The notes under the pieces were generated by a model that searched no databases, was not told where the DNA came from, and saw only the letters and a program-made list of their open reading frames with translations. Both the position numbers and the translations under genes were made by a program. A DNA stretch of 64,000 nucleotides from Acutalibacteraceae bacterium (GTDB taxonomy: Bacteria > Bacillota > Clostridia > Oscillospirales > Acutalibacteraceae), in assembly GCA_045537575.1 (NCBI GenBank), contig JAZSPU010000006.1, positions 10,814 through 74,813 of the forward strand, given 5' to 3'. Shown piece after piece: positions 36,671 to 46,684 of the stretch (position 1 is its first letter; each line of letters starts with the position of its first letter).

Positions 36671-37460
36671 CAGCCCCATAATTTTTATTCTTGTAGGCAT
36701 TATTATTTTAGCGGTTCTTGGACAATCTGTATATTTCCTTATCCGCGCATTAAGACGCGCAAAGGAAAAAGGAATGGATATGACTAAAATCAAAAAGACC
36801 GTAACCGGTTCCGCTATTTCCACCATTGCCCCTGCAGTATCAATTCTTGTAGGTGTAGTCACCCTTTCAAAGAGCCTTGGTATTGCTCTTCCATGGCTGA
36901 GACTTTCGGTAATCGGTTCTCTTTCCTATGAAACCATTGCCGCAGAAAGAGCCGTAAGCGGACTCGGACAAGGTCTCGGACAGGAAATTAAAGAGCCTTC
37001 CGCCTTTGTTACTGTTGCTTGGGTTATGACTCTCGGCATTTTAGTCGGTCTTATTCTTGCCCCCATTCTTACCAAAAGAATACAGGGCGGTATGAATAAA
37101 ATCGGTATGAAGGATAAAAAATGGGCAGAAATCTTTAATAATGCAATGTTTTTAGGTATGATTTCCGCCTTTTTAGGATTTGTATTCTCCCACGTTTCAC
37201 GTCTTTGGGATGAAGGCGCCCGTACCGTTACCGAAAAAATCCTTCAGGACGACGGCACGTATTTAGAAAATGTAACCGAATATTCAAGCACGTCGGGACT
37301 TATTCCCGTTTTAGTAATGGCAACTTCCGCAATTATTATGGCTGTTTGCGGTATAGTAGCAAAGGTATTTCATCAGCGTTGGATGAACGATTATGCTTTA
37401 CCGATTTCGCTGGTAGGCGGTATGGCTTGCGCTATACCCTTTACCGCTTGGCTTTCTTAA
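36654..37460 (+). CDS. DUF5058-family membrane protein
   Basis: The N-terminal region ..YFLIRALRRAKEKGMDMTKIKKTVTGSAISTIAPAVSILVGVVTLSKSLGIALPWLRLSVIGSLSYE.. matches DUF5058 proteins from memory. Confidence 0.6.
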   Translation: MKFNVNSPIIFILVGIIILAVLGQSVYFLIRALRRAKEKGMDMTKIKKTVTGSAISTIAPAVSILVGVVTLSKSLGIALPWLRLSVIGSLSYETIAAERAVSGLGQGLGQEIKEPSAFVTVAWVMTLGILVGLILAPILTKRIQGGMNKIGMKDKKWAEIFNNAMFLGMISAFLGFVFSHVSRLWDEGARTVTEKILQDDGTYLENVTEYSSTSGLIPVLVMATSAIIMAVCGIVAKVFHQRWMNDYALPISLVGGMACAIPFTAWLS

Positions 37461-37472
37461 GGAGGGGTAAAA

Positions 37473-38153
37473 ATGAAAGAAAATAATAAACTAACCTATC
37501 TCGAAAGCGTTCACCGTGACGGCAGAATTTGGGGACTCACCATTTTAGTACTTATTATTCTTTTCCCCACCGCCCTTTGTCTTATTTACGGGGTTCTTCC
37601 CAAATGGGACGCATTCTTTAAAGCTCTTATCGCAGTTCTTCCTATGTATTGGGCTGTAGGAATTGTTGAAATTTTTACATATGTTCCAATGCTGGGAGCC
37701 GGCGGAGCGTATCTTTCCTTTGTAACGGGAAATATTTCTAACCTGAAGCTTCCCGTTGCCGTTGATGCTATGGAAAAGGCTGAAGTAAAGGCAACAAGCG
37801 AGGAAGGAGAAATTATCTCCACCATTTCCATTGCCGTTTCAAGTATCGTTACCACCCTTATAATTATTGTGGGTGTAATACTTCTTATTACCGTCGAACC
37901 CATAGGCGCATTTTTAAGCTCTCCCGTTTTACAGCCTGCCTTTGACCAGATACTCCCTGCCCTATTTGGCGGTTTAGCTGTTGTATTTATTTCAAAGAAC
38001 CTTAAGCTCAGTATTGCTCCTATTATTCTTATGTTAGGACTTTTCATATTCGTTCCCGCCCTTAACGAAGGCACAGTAGGAATTATGGTTCCCGTAGGTG
38101 TTATCTTTACCGTAATAGTTTCCAGAATTATGTATAAAAAAGGAATGATTTAG
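37473..38153 (+). CDS. hypothetical polytopic membrane protein (partner of DUF5058 gene)
   Basis: 226 aa with about 6 TM segments. AAGGAGGGG RBS. Tightly linked to the flanking genes. Confidence 0.5.
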   Translation: MKENNKLTYLESVHRDGRIWGLTILVLIILFPTALCLIYGVLPKWDAFFKALIAVLPMYWAVGIVEIFTYVPMLGAGGAYLSFVTGNISNLKLPVAVDAMEKAEVKATSEEGEIISTISIAVSSIVTTLIIIVGVILLITVEPIGAFLSSPVLQPAFDQILPALFGGLAVVFISKNLKLSIAPIILMLGLFIFVPALNEGTVGIMVPVGVIFTVIVSRIMYKKGMI

Positions 38154-39593
38154 TTGGATATAGTGCTTTACGCTTTATTAGCGGCGGTTATAATTTTTCT
38201 CGGCGTTATTATTATCCGCACTCTGCTTTTTACCCCTAAAAAAAATATTACGGCTGACAGCACAGCCGTAGATTTTGATAGGGAAAAAGCGGTAGAAAAC
38301 CTAAAAGCTCTTGTAAAATTCAAAACCGTCTCCTTTGAAGAAAAGGAAAAAGAGGATGACGCACAGTTTTCTGCTCTGCTTGAAGCTCTTCCCACCCTTT
38401 ATAAAAACGTTTTTTCGGTATGCTACGTTATGGCGCTTGATGACCGCGGAATCTTAATTCGTTGGAAGGGCAAAAACAGCGAAAAGCCTACAGTTTTAAT
38501 GTCGCACTACGACGTTGTTCCCGCCGATGAAAGCAAGTGGGAAAAGAGTGCATTTGAAGGCATTATCGAAAACGGTGTATTGTGGGGCAGAGGAACACTT
38601 GATACAAAGGTTACTTTAAATGCCTCCCTTTTTGCCGCCGATAGCCTTATAGAAAAAGGCTTTGTGCCCGAAAACGATATTTACTTTGCCTTTTCGGGCG
38701 GCGAAGAGGTCAACGGAATGGGCGCTGTGAATATAGTTAACTTCTTTAAAGAAAATAACATTAAGCCCTTTATGGTGGTTGACGAGGGCGGCGCAGTTGT
38801 AAAGGACGTTTTCCCCGGTGTAAAAGAAAGCTGCGGACTTATCGGTATTGCCGAAAAGGGTATGATGAACGTTTGCTACAGGGCAGACTCTATGGGCGGT
38901 CACGCTTCGGCGCCAAAGCCTAATACCCCTCTTATAAGACTTAGCCGCGCCATATTAAAGGTTGAACAAAATCCCTTTAAGATGCATATTACAAAGCCTG
39001 TTGGCGAGATGTTTGACACACTGGGTAGGCACAGCAATTTCCTTTACAGAATGATTTTTGCTAATTTGTGGCTCTTTTCGGGAGTGCTCAACTCCATTGC
39101 TAAAAAGGGTGGCGGTGAAATGAACGCTCTGCTCAGAACAACTACTGCTTTTACTCAAAGTACGGGCAGCAATGCGCCTAACGTTATTCCTCCCACCGCT
39201 TCAATTATTTCCAATATGCGTCTTAATCCCGAAGACTCAACCGATTCTGCCCTTTCCTATTTAAGAAAACTTGCTAAGGAAGAAAACGTTGAGGTTACAA
39301 AAATTATCGGAACTGAGCCCAGCACCATTTCCGAGACAGGCTGTGAGCAATGGGATAGAATCTCTTCTGCCGTTGCATCTACCTGGAAGGGCTGTATAGT
39401 ATCTCCCTATCTGATGGTTCAGTGCTCCGACAGCCGACACTATAACGGATTTTCCAGTAACGTTTACCGCTTCTCCGCAATGGACCTTACAAGTGAAGAA
39501 CGCGCTACCATTCACGGCAATAACGAAAGAATAAGAATTGATACAATTCATAAATCGGTAGAATTTTATATAAGACTTATAAACAAATGCTAA
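38154..39593 (+). CDS. M20/M25/M40-family metallohydrolase with N-terminal TM anchor
   Basis: Motifs MSHYDVVPA, GRGTLDTK and SGGEE. N-terminal TM segment. TTG start directly after the previous stop. Confidence 0.8.
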   Translation: MDIVLYALLAAVIIFLGVIIIRTLLFTPKKNITADSTAVDFDREKAVENLKALVKFKTVSFEEKEKEDDAQFSALLEALPTLYKNVFSVCYVMALDDRGILIRWKGKNSEKPTVLMSHYDVVPADESKWEKSAFEGIIENGVLWGRGTLDTKVTLNASLFAADSLIEKGFVPENDIYFAFSGGEEVNGMGAVNIVNFFKENNIKPFMVVDEGGAVVKDVFPGVKESCGLIGIAEKGMMNVCYRADSMGGHASAPKPNTPLIRLSRAILKVEQNPFKMHITKPVGEMFDTLGRHSNFLYRMIFANLWLFSGVLNSIAKKGGGEMNALLRTTTAFTQSTGSNAPNVIPPTASIISNMRLNPEDSTDSALSYLRKLAKEENVEVTKIIGTEPSTISETGCEQWDRISSAVASTWKGCIVSPYLMVQCSDSRHYNGFSSNVYRFSAMDLTSEERATIHGNNERIRIDTIHKSVEFYIRLINKC

Positions 39594-39624
39594 AAAACAG
39601 GAGTCAACGACTCCTGTTTTTTTA
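39593..39624. terminator. bidirectional intrinsic terminator
   Basis: Stem AACAGGAGTC/GACTCCTGTT with an AAC loop, A6 before and T7 after. Confidence 0.88.
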
Positions 39625-41988
39625 CATTATACTTTCTGCATAGCGGACACCCTCTAGGGCATCCTTAGCATATTTATCTGCGCCGATACTATCGGCATAC
39701 TCCTGAGTCAGCACCGCGCCTCCCACCATAACGACACAGTCGTTAACCTTTTGGTGAATAAGCTTTACGGTTTCTTCCATAAAGGGTACGGTGGTGGTCA
39801 TAAGGGCACTGAGTCCCACAATTTTTGCCTTATGCTCTATAACCGCCTCTAAAACCCTTTCGGGAGCAACGTCCTTGCCTAAATCTATTACGTTAAAACC
39901 ATAGTTTTCCAGAAGCAATTTTAAAATATTTTTGCCTATATCGTGAATGTCTCCCTTAACCGTAGCAATAACAATTTTGCCCTTTTTAGCGGTATTTTCG
40001 CCCGAAAAGGCAGTCTTTATTACCTCGAAAGCCGATTTTGCGGCTTCGGCGCTTATTAAAAGAGAAGGCAGATATGCTCGTTTTTCTTCGTAAGCCTTAC
40101 CTACGTCGTTAAGGGCAGGAATAATTTTCAGATTTACTATATCAAGAGGCTTTTCAGTCTTTAAAAGCTCTTTTGTGATTTCCTTCGCTTTATCCTTAAA
40201 GCCCTTTATAATTGCAGTTTCAAGGGTTAACTGTTCGGTTTTTATATTAGATTTTGTTTCAACTATATCACCGCAGTTTTTAATATAATCCGAGCAGTTT
40301 TCGTCCTTTCCTTTAAGCACCCTTACAGCATAGTAGGTATTCATCATCACTTCAGAAAAAGGATTCATTATTGCCGCGCTTAGTCCGTTTTCAAGGGCTA
40401 AAGCGAAAAAGGCGCTGTTTATTATATCGCGGTTAGGCAGTCCGAAGGAAACGTTAGAAACACCAAGACTTGTATGACAGCCGAGTTTTTCCTTTATTAT
40501 TTTTAATGCCTTTAAGGTATGAACAGCCGCATCATTTTCCGCGCTTACGGTAAGGGCAAGGGTATCGAAAACTATATCCGATTTATCAATGCCGTATTTT
40601 TTTGCTTCACCCAGTATTTTTTCGGCAATTTTCACCCTTTCATCAGCAGTTTTCGGTATGCCGTTTTCGTCAAGAGTAAGGGCAATAACCGTTCCGCCGT
40701 ATTTTTTCACAAGGGGGAACACCGCTTTCATACTTTCTTCTTTTCCGTTAACGGAATTTATAAGGGGCTTTCCGTTATAAATTCTAAGAGCCGACTCTAA
40801 GGCGAGGATATTTGACGTATCAATCTGCAAAGGAAGGTCGGTTACAGCCTGAAGCTCTTTAATAGCCTCGGTGAGCATTTTTTCTTCGTCAATTTCGGGA
40901 AGTCCCACGTTAACGTCAAGAATATGCGCTCCCTTTTCCTGCTGAGTTACACCCTCATTTAAAATATAGTCCATATCTCCGCTTTTAAGGGCTTCCTTAA
41001 AACGCTTTTTACCCGTAGGGTTAATTCTCTCGCCTATAAGCAAGGGTTCATTGCCGAAAAATACCACATTCGTGTATGACGTCACGGCAGTATAATCCTT
41101 TTTCTCAATAGGTAAAGGTTTTTTATCCTTAATCTTTTCCTTTAATTTGCCTATGTATTCGGGAGTTGTTCCGCAACAGCCTCCGACTCCACGCACACCT
41201 TTATCAATAAGGGCGGCTGTCTCTTCGGCAAATTCTTGGCTTGTAACGCTGAAAACAGTTTCTCCGTCTTTAACTGTGGGAAGTCCCGCATTAGGCTGAA
41301 AAACAACCGGTACAGTAGAATATTTTAAAAGCTCTTTAACAACACCGTAAAGCTCTTTGGGACCTAAAGAACAGTTTGCGCCCAGCATATCAACACCCAG
41401 AGAGGAAAGAAGCACAGCCATAGTCTCGGCGGTTGCTCCGGTCATCAGCTTTGAGTCTTCGCCGTAAGCATTGGTAACAACTATAGGCAGATTGCTGTTT
41501 TCCTTAGCCGCCAGAACCGCCGCTTTGGTCTCATAGGAATCATTCATAGTTTCGATTATAATAAGGTCGGCACCATATTTTTCGCCAAGCCTTACGGTTT
41601 TAGCAAATATTTCAACAGCATCGTTAAAATCAAGGTCGCCCAGCGGTTTTAAAAGCCTTCCCAACGGGCCTATATCAATGGCAACAAATTTTTCCTGTTT
41701 ATAAGAACTTATTTTTGCGGCTTTTTTTGCGTTTTCTATGGCATTTTTTATAATTTCTTCGAGTTCATAATTATCAAATTTAAGACAGTTTGCGCCAAAG
41801 GTATTGGCGGTAACAACATTACTGCCTGCATTAAAATATGAAGTGTGTATTTTTATTATCTCATCTTTATGGGTAATATTCCAGCTTTCAGGCAATTCTC
41901 CTGCTTTTAGTCCCATCTTTTGTAAAAGAGTACCCATTCCGCCGTCAAACAGCACTATATTATCCTTAATAAATTCTCTGAAATTCAT
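39622..41988 (-). CDS. metH: cobalamin-dependent methionine synthase (Hcy-binding + pterin-binding + B12-binding modules; no activation domain)
   Basis: N-terminus FDGGMGT, Zn-site GGCCGTTP, a pterin-binding module, and the B12 motif GDIHDIGKN (DxHxxG). Confidence 0.9.
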   Translation of the reverse strand: MNFREFIKDNIVLFDGGMGTLLQKMGLKAGELPESWNITHKDEIIKIHTSYFNAGSNVVTANTFGANCLKFDNYELEEIIKNAIENAKKAAKISSYKQEKFVAIDIGPLGRLLKPLGDLDFNDAVEIFAKTVRLGEKYGADLIIIETMNDSYETKAAVLAAKENSNLPIVVTNAYGEDSKLMTGATAETMAVLLSSLGVDMLGANCSLGPKELYGVVKELLKYSTVPVVFQPNAGLPTVKDGETVFSVTSQEFAEETAALIDKGVRGVGGCCGTTPEYIGKLKEKIKDKKPLPIEKKDYTAVTSYTNVVFFGNEPLLIGERINPTGKKRFKEALKSGDMDYILNEGVTQQEKGAHILDVNVGLPEIDEEKMLTEAIKELQAVTDLPLQIDTSNILALESALRIYNGKPLINSVNGKEESMKAVFPLVKKYGGTVIALTLDENGIPKTADERVKIAEKILGEAKKYGIDKSDIVFDTLALTVSAENDAAVHTLKALKIIKEKLGCHTSLGVSNVSFGLPNRDIINSAFFALALENGLSAAIMNPFSEVMMNTYYAVRVLKGKDENCSDYIKNCGDIVETKSNIKTEQLTLETAIIKGFKDKAKEITKELLKTEKPLDIVNLKIIPALNDVGKAYEEKRAYLPSLLISAEAAKSAFEVIKTAFSGENTAKKGKIVIATVKGDIHDIGKNILKLLLENYGFNVIDLGKDVAPERVLEAVIEHKAKIVGLSALMTTTVPFMEETVKLIHQKVNDCVVMVGGAVLTQEYADSIGADKYAKDALEGVRYAESIM

Positions 41989-41989
41989 A

Positions 41990-42565
41990 CTACACTATCC
42001 CCATAAACGCTGTCACCGATTTAAAGGGCGACATCATTTGACTTTCGTTTAAAGTAAGACCTATATTTTTAGCAGGATTTAAAAGGGAGAAAATTTCTTT
42101 TTGAGTTTCTATATTTAAATCCCCATATCCCGCGCTGAAGCGGGGTTTTGTTTTAAAATTAAGGCTTTTTGTAAATTCATCACACAGCGCTTCAATACGT
42201 TCAGCGGCATATGCATCAATCAAAAGCGCCTTTGAGGGTGCAATACGGCTGTATTTATTTATTAGTCGGTCAACTCCCACACCAAGAGTTGCGGCAAAAA
42301 CCACCGCCTCTTTACAGCCCGAAAGATTTTTGCTTAAGTCTCGGCTATATATCGAAAAGCAGGGAAATCTACATTCGTTTCCCTTTATTTCAAGAGGTAA
42401 TACCGTATAGCAGACCTTATATTCTATTTGGCTATCGGTTAAACTAATGGCTTCTTCTAAAAGGGATAATATTTCCTCATTAAGCTCGGGTGATTTTGCA
42501 TATCTTAGTATCTCTTTTTTATTGACAAAAGGCGCTTTAAAGGTTTTTACGGTTATTTCGCGCAT
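41990..42565 (-). CDS. methionine synthase activation-domain protein (stand-alone)
   Basis: ..RFSAGYGDLNIETQKEIFSLL..IGLTLNESQMMSPFKSVTAFMGI matches the MetH reactivation-domain signature. 1-nt gap to metH. Confidence 0.75.
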   Translation of the reverse strand: MREITVKTFKAPFVNKKEILRYAKSPELNEEILSLLEEAISLTDSQIEYKVCYTVLPLEIKGNECRFPCFSIYSRDLSKNLSGCKEAVVFAATLGVGVDRLINKYSRIAPSKALLIDAYAAERIEALCDEFTKSLNFKTKPRFSAGYGDLNIETQKEIFSLLNPAKNIGLTLNESQMMSPFKSVTAFMGIV

Positions 42566-43437
42566 AACTTTAATATTTCGCTCAGATTACTCTGAATACT
42601 CTTTGCAACCATAGGCTTATTCATAGAATAAACATGCACCGCATTTATACCGTTTGCATATAAATCAATTATCTGGTCGGTGGCATAGGCAATACCTGCC
42701 TGCATCATCGCTTTAGGATTTTCACCAAATTTATCAACCAGACTAATAAATCTTCGAGGAACAAAGGAACCCGAAAGCTTTATGGCTCGTTGGAGTTGAT
42801 TTGCCGCTGTTATGGGCATAATTCCTGCCACTATCGGTACGGTAATTCCCGCTTCCCTTATTTTATAAAGAAAATTATAAAAAAGATTATTATCAAAAAA
42901 CATCTGGGTAGTCAAAAAGTCACAGCCTGCGTCAACCTTTTCTTTAAGATGCTTAATATCTTCCCTTTGGTTAATGCTTTCGGGGTGAATTTCGGGGTAG
43001 CAGGCGCCGCCTACACAAAAATCTCCCGCTGCTTTAAGCTCTCTTACTAAATCTGCGGCATAACGGTAGTCCCAATTCCTTTTATCTTCATTTTTCATTT
43101 CTTCGGGAATATCGCCCCTAAGCGCCATAACGTTTTTAATACCCGCCGCCTTTATTTCGTTAATGCGATGACCTATAGATTCCTTGGTTGCTCCCACACA
43201 GGTAAGATGCTCAAGGGTAATAACACCGCTTTGTTTCTTTAAATTTTCCGCAATGGAAAGGGTATAACGTCCCCCCTGTCCCCCTGCGCCGTAGGTAACG
43301 CTCATAAAAGAGGGATTAAGCTTTGCAATTTCCTCTGTGGCATTTTTTACGCTTTCAAAAGCCGTCTCGGTTTTAGGCGGAAAAACCTCAAAGGAAAGAG
43401 AGGGTTTATTAGACGTAATAATATTGGTAATCTTCAT
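42553..43437 (-). CDS. metF: methylenetetrahydrofolate reductase
   Basis: SFEVFPPKT start, VTYGAGG, ALRGD, and a TIM-barrel pattern typical of MetF. Confidence 0.9.
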   Translation of the reverse strand: MKITNIITSNKPSLSFEVFPPKTETAFESVKNATEEIAKLNPSFMSVTYGAGGQGGRYTLSIAENLKKQSGVITLEHLTCVGATKESIGHRINEIKAAGIKNVMALRGDIPEEMKNEDKRNWDYRYAADLVRELKAAGDFCVGGACYPEIHPESINQREDIKHLKEKVDAGCDFLTTQMFFDNNLFYNFLYKIREAGITVPIVAGIMPITAANQLQRAIKLSGSFVPRRFISLVDKFGENPKAMMQAGIAYATDQIIDLYANGINAVHVYSMNKPMVAKSIQSNLSEILKLCAK

Positions 43438-43483
43438 ATTCTCACCCTATTTCTATGCCGCCGCATTAAACATCGGCAAATCT

Positions 43484-44857
43484 TTATCTTTTTTCAATAT
43501 CAAGATAATCTCTTCTCGGCTGAACTGCCATATAAGCGGGACGGATAATCTTTCCTGCATTTATGAGCTCTTCAAGTCTGTGAGCGCTCCAACCCACAAT
43601 TCTTGCAATAGCAAAAAGAGGAGTATAAAGCTCATGGGGAAGTCCCAGCATATCGTAAACAAAGCCTGAATAAAAGTCGATATTAGCTGAAACTCCTTTA
43701 TAAATCTTTCTTTCCTTTGCAATAACTTCGGGTGCAAGACGTTCAACAAGGCAGTAAAGGTTATATTCTTTGCCAAGTCCCTTTTCATCCGAAAGGGTTT
43801 TTACGTACTGCTTTAAAATGGTGGCTCTGGGATCGCTTACCGAATAAACCGCGTGTCCCATACCGTATATAAGTCCCGAACGGTCTCCCGCTTCCTTTCT
43901 TAAAAGCTTGGTAAGATAATCGGAAATTTCCTTTTCATCCTCCCAGTTTTTAACGTTTCTCTTAATATCCTCAAACATTGTGCAAACCTTTATATTTGCG
44001 CCGCCGTGACGGGGACCTTTAAGAGAGCCGAGAGCCGCCGCAATAGCCGAATAGGTATCGGTTCCCGAAGAGGTAACAACGTGGGTGGTAAAGGTTGAGT
44101 TATTACCGCCGCCGTGCTCTGCGTGAAGCACAAGCGCCATATCAAGAAGCTTTGCTTCAAGGGGAGTATAATTACTGTCAATGCGAAGCATATGGAGAAT
44201 ATTTTCCGCTGTTGATAAATGAGGCTCGGGATTATGAATAAAGAAGCTGTTATTATTTTTAATATAGTAATTATAGGAATGATAACCGTAAACGCTGAGC
44301 ATTGGGAAAACCGCTATTAACTGCAGACATTGTCTTAATACGTTTTCTATAGAGGTATCATTGGGATTGCTATCATAGGAATAAAGGGTTAAGACGCTTC
44401 GTGCAAGGGAATTCATCATATCCTGTGAGGGCGCCTTCATTATAACGTCTCTTACAAAGGAGTTAGGAAGACTTCTGTAGAAATTAAGAACCCCTTTAAA
44501 ATCATCTAACTCTTCATTATTTGGCAGCATACCGAAAAGAAGAAGATAGATTATTTCTTCAAAGCCAAAACGGTTATCCTTAACAAAGCCGTCAACAAGG
44601 TCTTCGATTTTATAGCCTCTGTAAAAGAGTTCACCGGGGATTAAAACCTCTTTCCCATCAATAATTTTTCGGGAATTTATTTCGGAAACCTCGGTAAGTC
44701 CCGTAAGGACACCCTTACCGTCAAGGTCACGAAGTCCTCGCATTACCTTGTGTTTAATATACATTTCGGGCTGAATGTGACAGTCCTTTACGCAAAGATT
44801 TGCATACTTTACTATGTTATCGGTTATTTCGGAATAATTTGTTTTTTTGTTGGGCAT
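43484..44857 (-). CDS. citrate synthase (citrate/2-methylcitrate synthase family)
   Basis: Active-site blocks LHAEHGGGNNSTF, GPRHGGAN and GMGHAVY. Confidence 0.88.
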   Translation of the reverse strand: MPNKKTNYSEITDNIVKYANLCVKDCHIQPEMYIKHKVMRGLRDLDGKGVLTGLTEVSEINSRKIIDGKEVLIPGELFYRGYKIEDLVDGFVKDNRFGFEEIIYLLLFGMLPNNEELDDFKGVLNFYRSLPNSFVRDVIMKAPSQDMMNSLARSVLTLYSYDSNPNDTSIENVLRQCLQLIAVFPMLSVYGYHSYNYYIKNNNSFFIHNPEPHLSTAENILHMLRIDSNYTPLEAKLLDMALVLHAEHGGGNNSTFTTHVVTSSGTDTYSAIAAALGSLKGPRHGGANIKVCTMFEDIKRNVKNWEDEKEISDYLTKLLRKEAGDRSGLIYGMGHAVYSVSDPRATILKQYVKTLSDEKGLGKEYNLYCLVERLAPEVIAKERKIYKGVSANIDFYSGFVYDMLGLPHELYTPLFAIARIVGWSAHRLEELINAGKIIRPAYMAVQPRRDYLDIEKR

Positions 44858-44871
44858 TGGTGTATCCTTTC

Positions 44872-46584
44872 TTATCTTAGTTGTAAGGAATAAAGGTCTT
44901 TATATGTTCCCTCTTCCTTGAGTAGTTCTTCGTGGGTGCCTTTTTGAGTTACCCTTCCGCCGTCAATTACCGCAATGGTATCAGCGCTTCTTATGGTGGA
45001 AAGTCTGTGGGCAACAACTATTGTTGTTCTGCCCTTGCATAATTCGTCAAGTGCGTTTTGAATAAGTATTTCGGTGGTATTGTCGAGTGCGCTTGTGGCC
45101 TCATCAAGAATAAGCACCTTGGGATTTTTAAGGAATACCCTTGCTATACTTATTCTCTGCTTCTGTCCGCCCGAAAGTCTTACGCCGCGTTCGCCTATTT
45201 CGGTATCATAGCCTTTTTCAAGGGTTTTTACAAATTCGTGAATATTAGCGCGTTTTGCCGCTTCTATCATTTCTTCTTCGGTAGCAAGGAGATTACCGTA
45301 CATAATATTTTCCCTTATAGTTCCCGAGAAAAGAAATACGTCCTGCTGAACAATACCGATATTGTTTCTAAGGCTTTCAAAGGTAATATCGTTAATATTT
45401 ACTCCGTCTAAAAGGATTTCTCCCTCATCTACCCTGTAAAAATTAGGAATAAGATGGCAAATGGTGGTCTTGCCGCCGCCGGAATGACCTACAAGGGCAA
45501 ACTTTTCCCCTTCCTTTACGGTAAAGGAAATATCCCTTAGCACCTCGCCGTCCTCGGTGCCGTAGGAAAAGGTTACGTTTTTAAATTCAATTTCGCCCTT
45601 TACGTTTTCTTTTGGCTTTGCATTTTCGTTTTCCTTTTCAGGCTCTTCGCTCATAATTTCAAGGAAACGGGAGAAGCCCGAAACACCGTTCTGGTACTGC
45701 TCCATAAAGCCGATAAGCTGGGTTACGGGGTTTATAAAGATATTAACAGAGACTATAAAGGTGGAATAATCGCCGAAGTCAATTTTTCCCGCATATAAAA
45801 ACAGACCGCCTGCAATTATAATAATTACGTTAAATACATCGGTAATGAAGGTGGAGGAAGAATGAAACTGCGCCATAGCCTTATAGGATTTATGACAGGC
45901 CTTTACAAAAAGGTTATTGTTTTCCTCAAACTTTTCCATTTCCCTGTTACTTGCCGAAAAAGCCTTGGTTACTCTTATTCCCGTAATACTGCTTTCGGTG
46001 GCAGAGTTAATTCCCGCGGTGGTTACTCTGCGCTCCTTAAAGGCTTCCTTCATTTTTTGTCTTAATACTGCCGAAACAAAAATAAGAAAAGGCACACAGG
46101 CAAAAATTATAAGGGTTAAATAAATATTTATGGTAGCAAGATAAATAAAGGAGCCTATTACCGTAAGACTGCTTATAATAAGATTTTCGGGGCCGTGGTG
46201 GGCAAGTTCAACCACGTCAAAAAGGTCGTTGCTTATTCGGGATATTAAATCGCCCGTTTCGGTATTATCATAATAGGAAAAGGGTAATTTTTGCAGATGA
46301 TTGAACATATCGGATCTCATTTGCGCCTGCATACGAGTACCTATAAGATGACCGTAATACTGAACGAAGTATCTTAAAAAGGTGCGGACAATATAAAGAA
46401 ATAAAACAAAAAGTCCTGCAAAAATAATGGCTTTATAAAGCTTATTGGGAATAAGATCATTAAGCATTATATTGGTAACAACGGGATATGTAAGCCCTAT
46501 AAGAGAAATAAATAATGACGCTATCATATCAAGCACAAAAAGTTTTGTATGAGGCTTATAATAACTTAAGAATTTTTTGAGCAT
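44872..46584 (-). CDS. ABC exporter, fused permease/ATPase (multidrug/lipid type)
   Basis: Six N-terminal TM segments. Walker A GHSGGGKTT, signature LSGGQKQR, Walker B ILILDEATSALD. Confidence 0.9.
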   Translation of the reverse strand: MLKKFLSYYKPHTKLFVLDMIASLFISLIGLTYPVVTNIMLNDLIPNKLYKAIIFAGLFVLFLYIVRTFLRYFVQYYGHLIGTRMQAQMRSDMFNHLQKLPFSYYDNTETGDLISRISNDLFDVVELAHHGPENLIISSLTVIGSFIYLATINIYLTLIIFACVPFLIFVSAVLRQKMKEAFKERRVTTAGINSATESSITGIRVTKAFSASNREMEKFEENNNLFVKACHKSYKAMAQFHSSSTFITDVFNVIIIIAGGLFLYAGKIDFGDYSTFIVSVNIFINPVTQLIGFMEQYQNGVSGFSRFLEIMSEEPEKENENAKPKENVKGEIEFKNVTFSYGTEDGEVLRDISFTVKEGEKFALVGHSGGGKTTICHLIPNFYRVDEGEILLDGVNINDITFESLRNNIGIVQQDVFLFSGTIRENIMYGNLLATEEEMIEAAKRANIHEFVKTLEKGYDTEIGERGVRLSGGQKQRISIARVFLKNPKVLILDEATSALDNTTEILIQNALDELCKGRTTIVVAHRLSTIRSADTIAVIDGGRVTQKGTHEELLKEEGTYKDLYSLQLR

Positions 46585-46607
46585 TATTTTTCACCTTCCT
46601 ATTTAGA

Positions 46608-46636
46608 ATTATACCATAAAAAGCCGCTTTGTTCAA
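46608..46636 (-). promoter_or_regulatory. sigma-A-type promoter for the ABC-gltA-metF-metH gene string
   Basis: Minus strand: TTGAAC (46636-46631), 17-nt spacer, TATAAT (46613-46608). Confidence 0.6.
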
Positions 46637-46645
46637 CAATTTCGG

Positions 46646-46674
46646 TTGACAAAAATGCTGTAATGTTATATAAT
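46646..46674 (+). promoter_or_regulatory. sigma-A-type promoter for the tyrS T-box leader
   Basis: TTGACA (46646-46651), 17-nt spacer, TATAAT (46669-46674). Confidence 0.7.
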
Positions 46675-46684
46675 TCTAATGATA

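Noticed and set aside
37193-37201. GTTTCACGT, which resembles half of a parS site.
   Set aside because: The second half-site is absent (CTTT instead of GAAA) and it lies inside a coding region.
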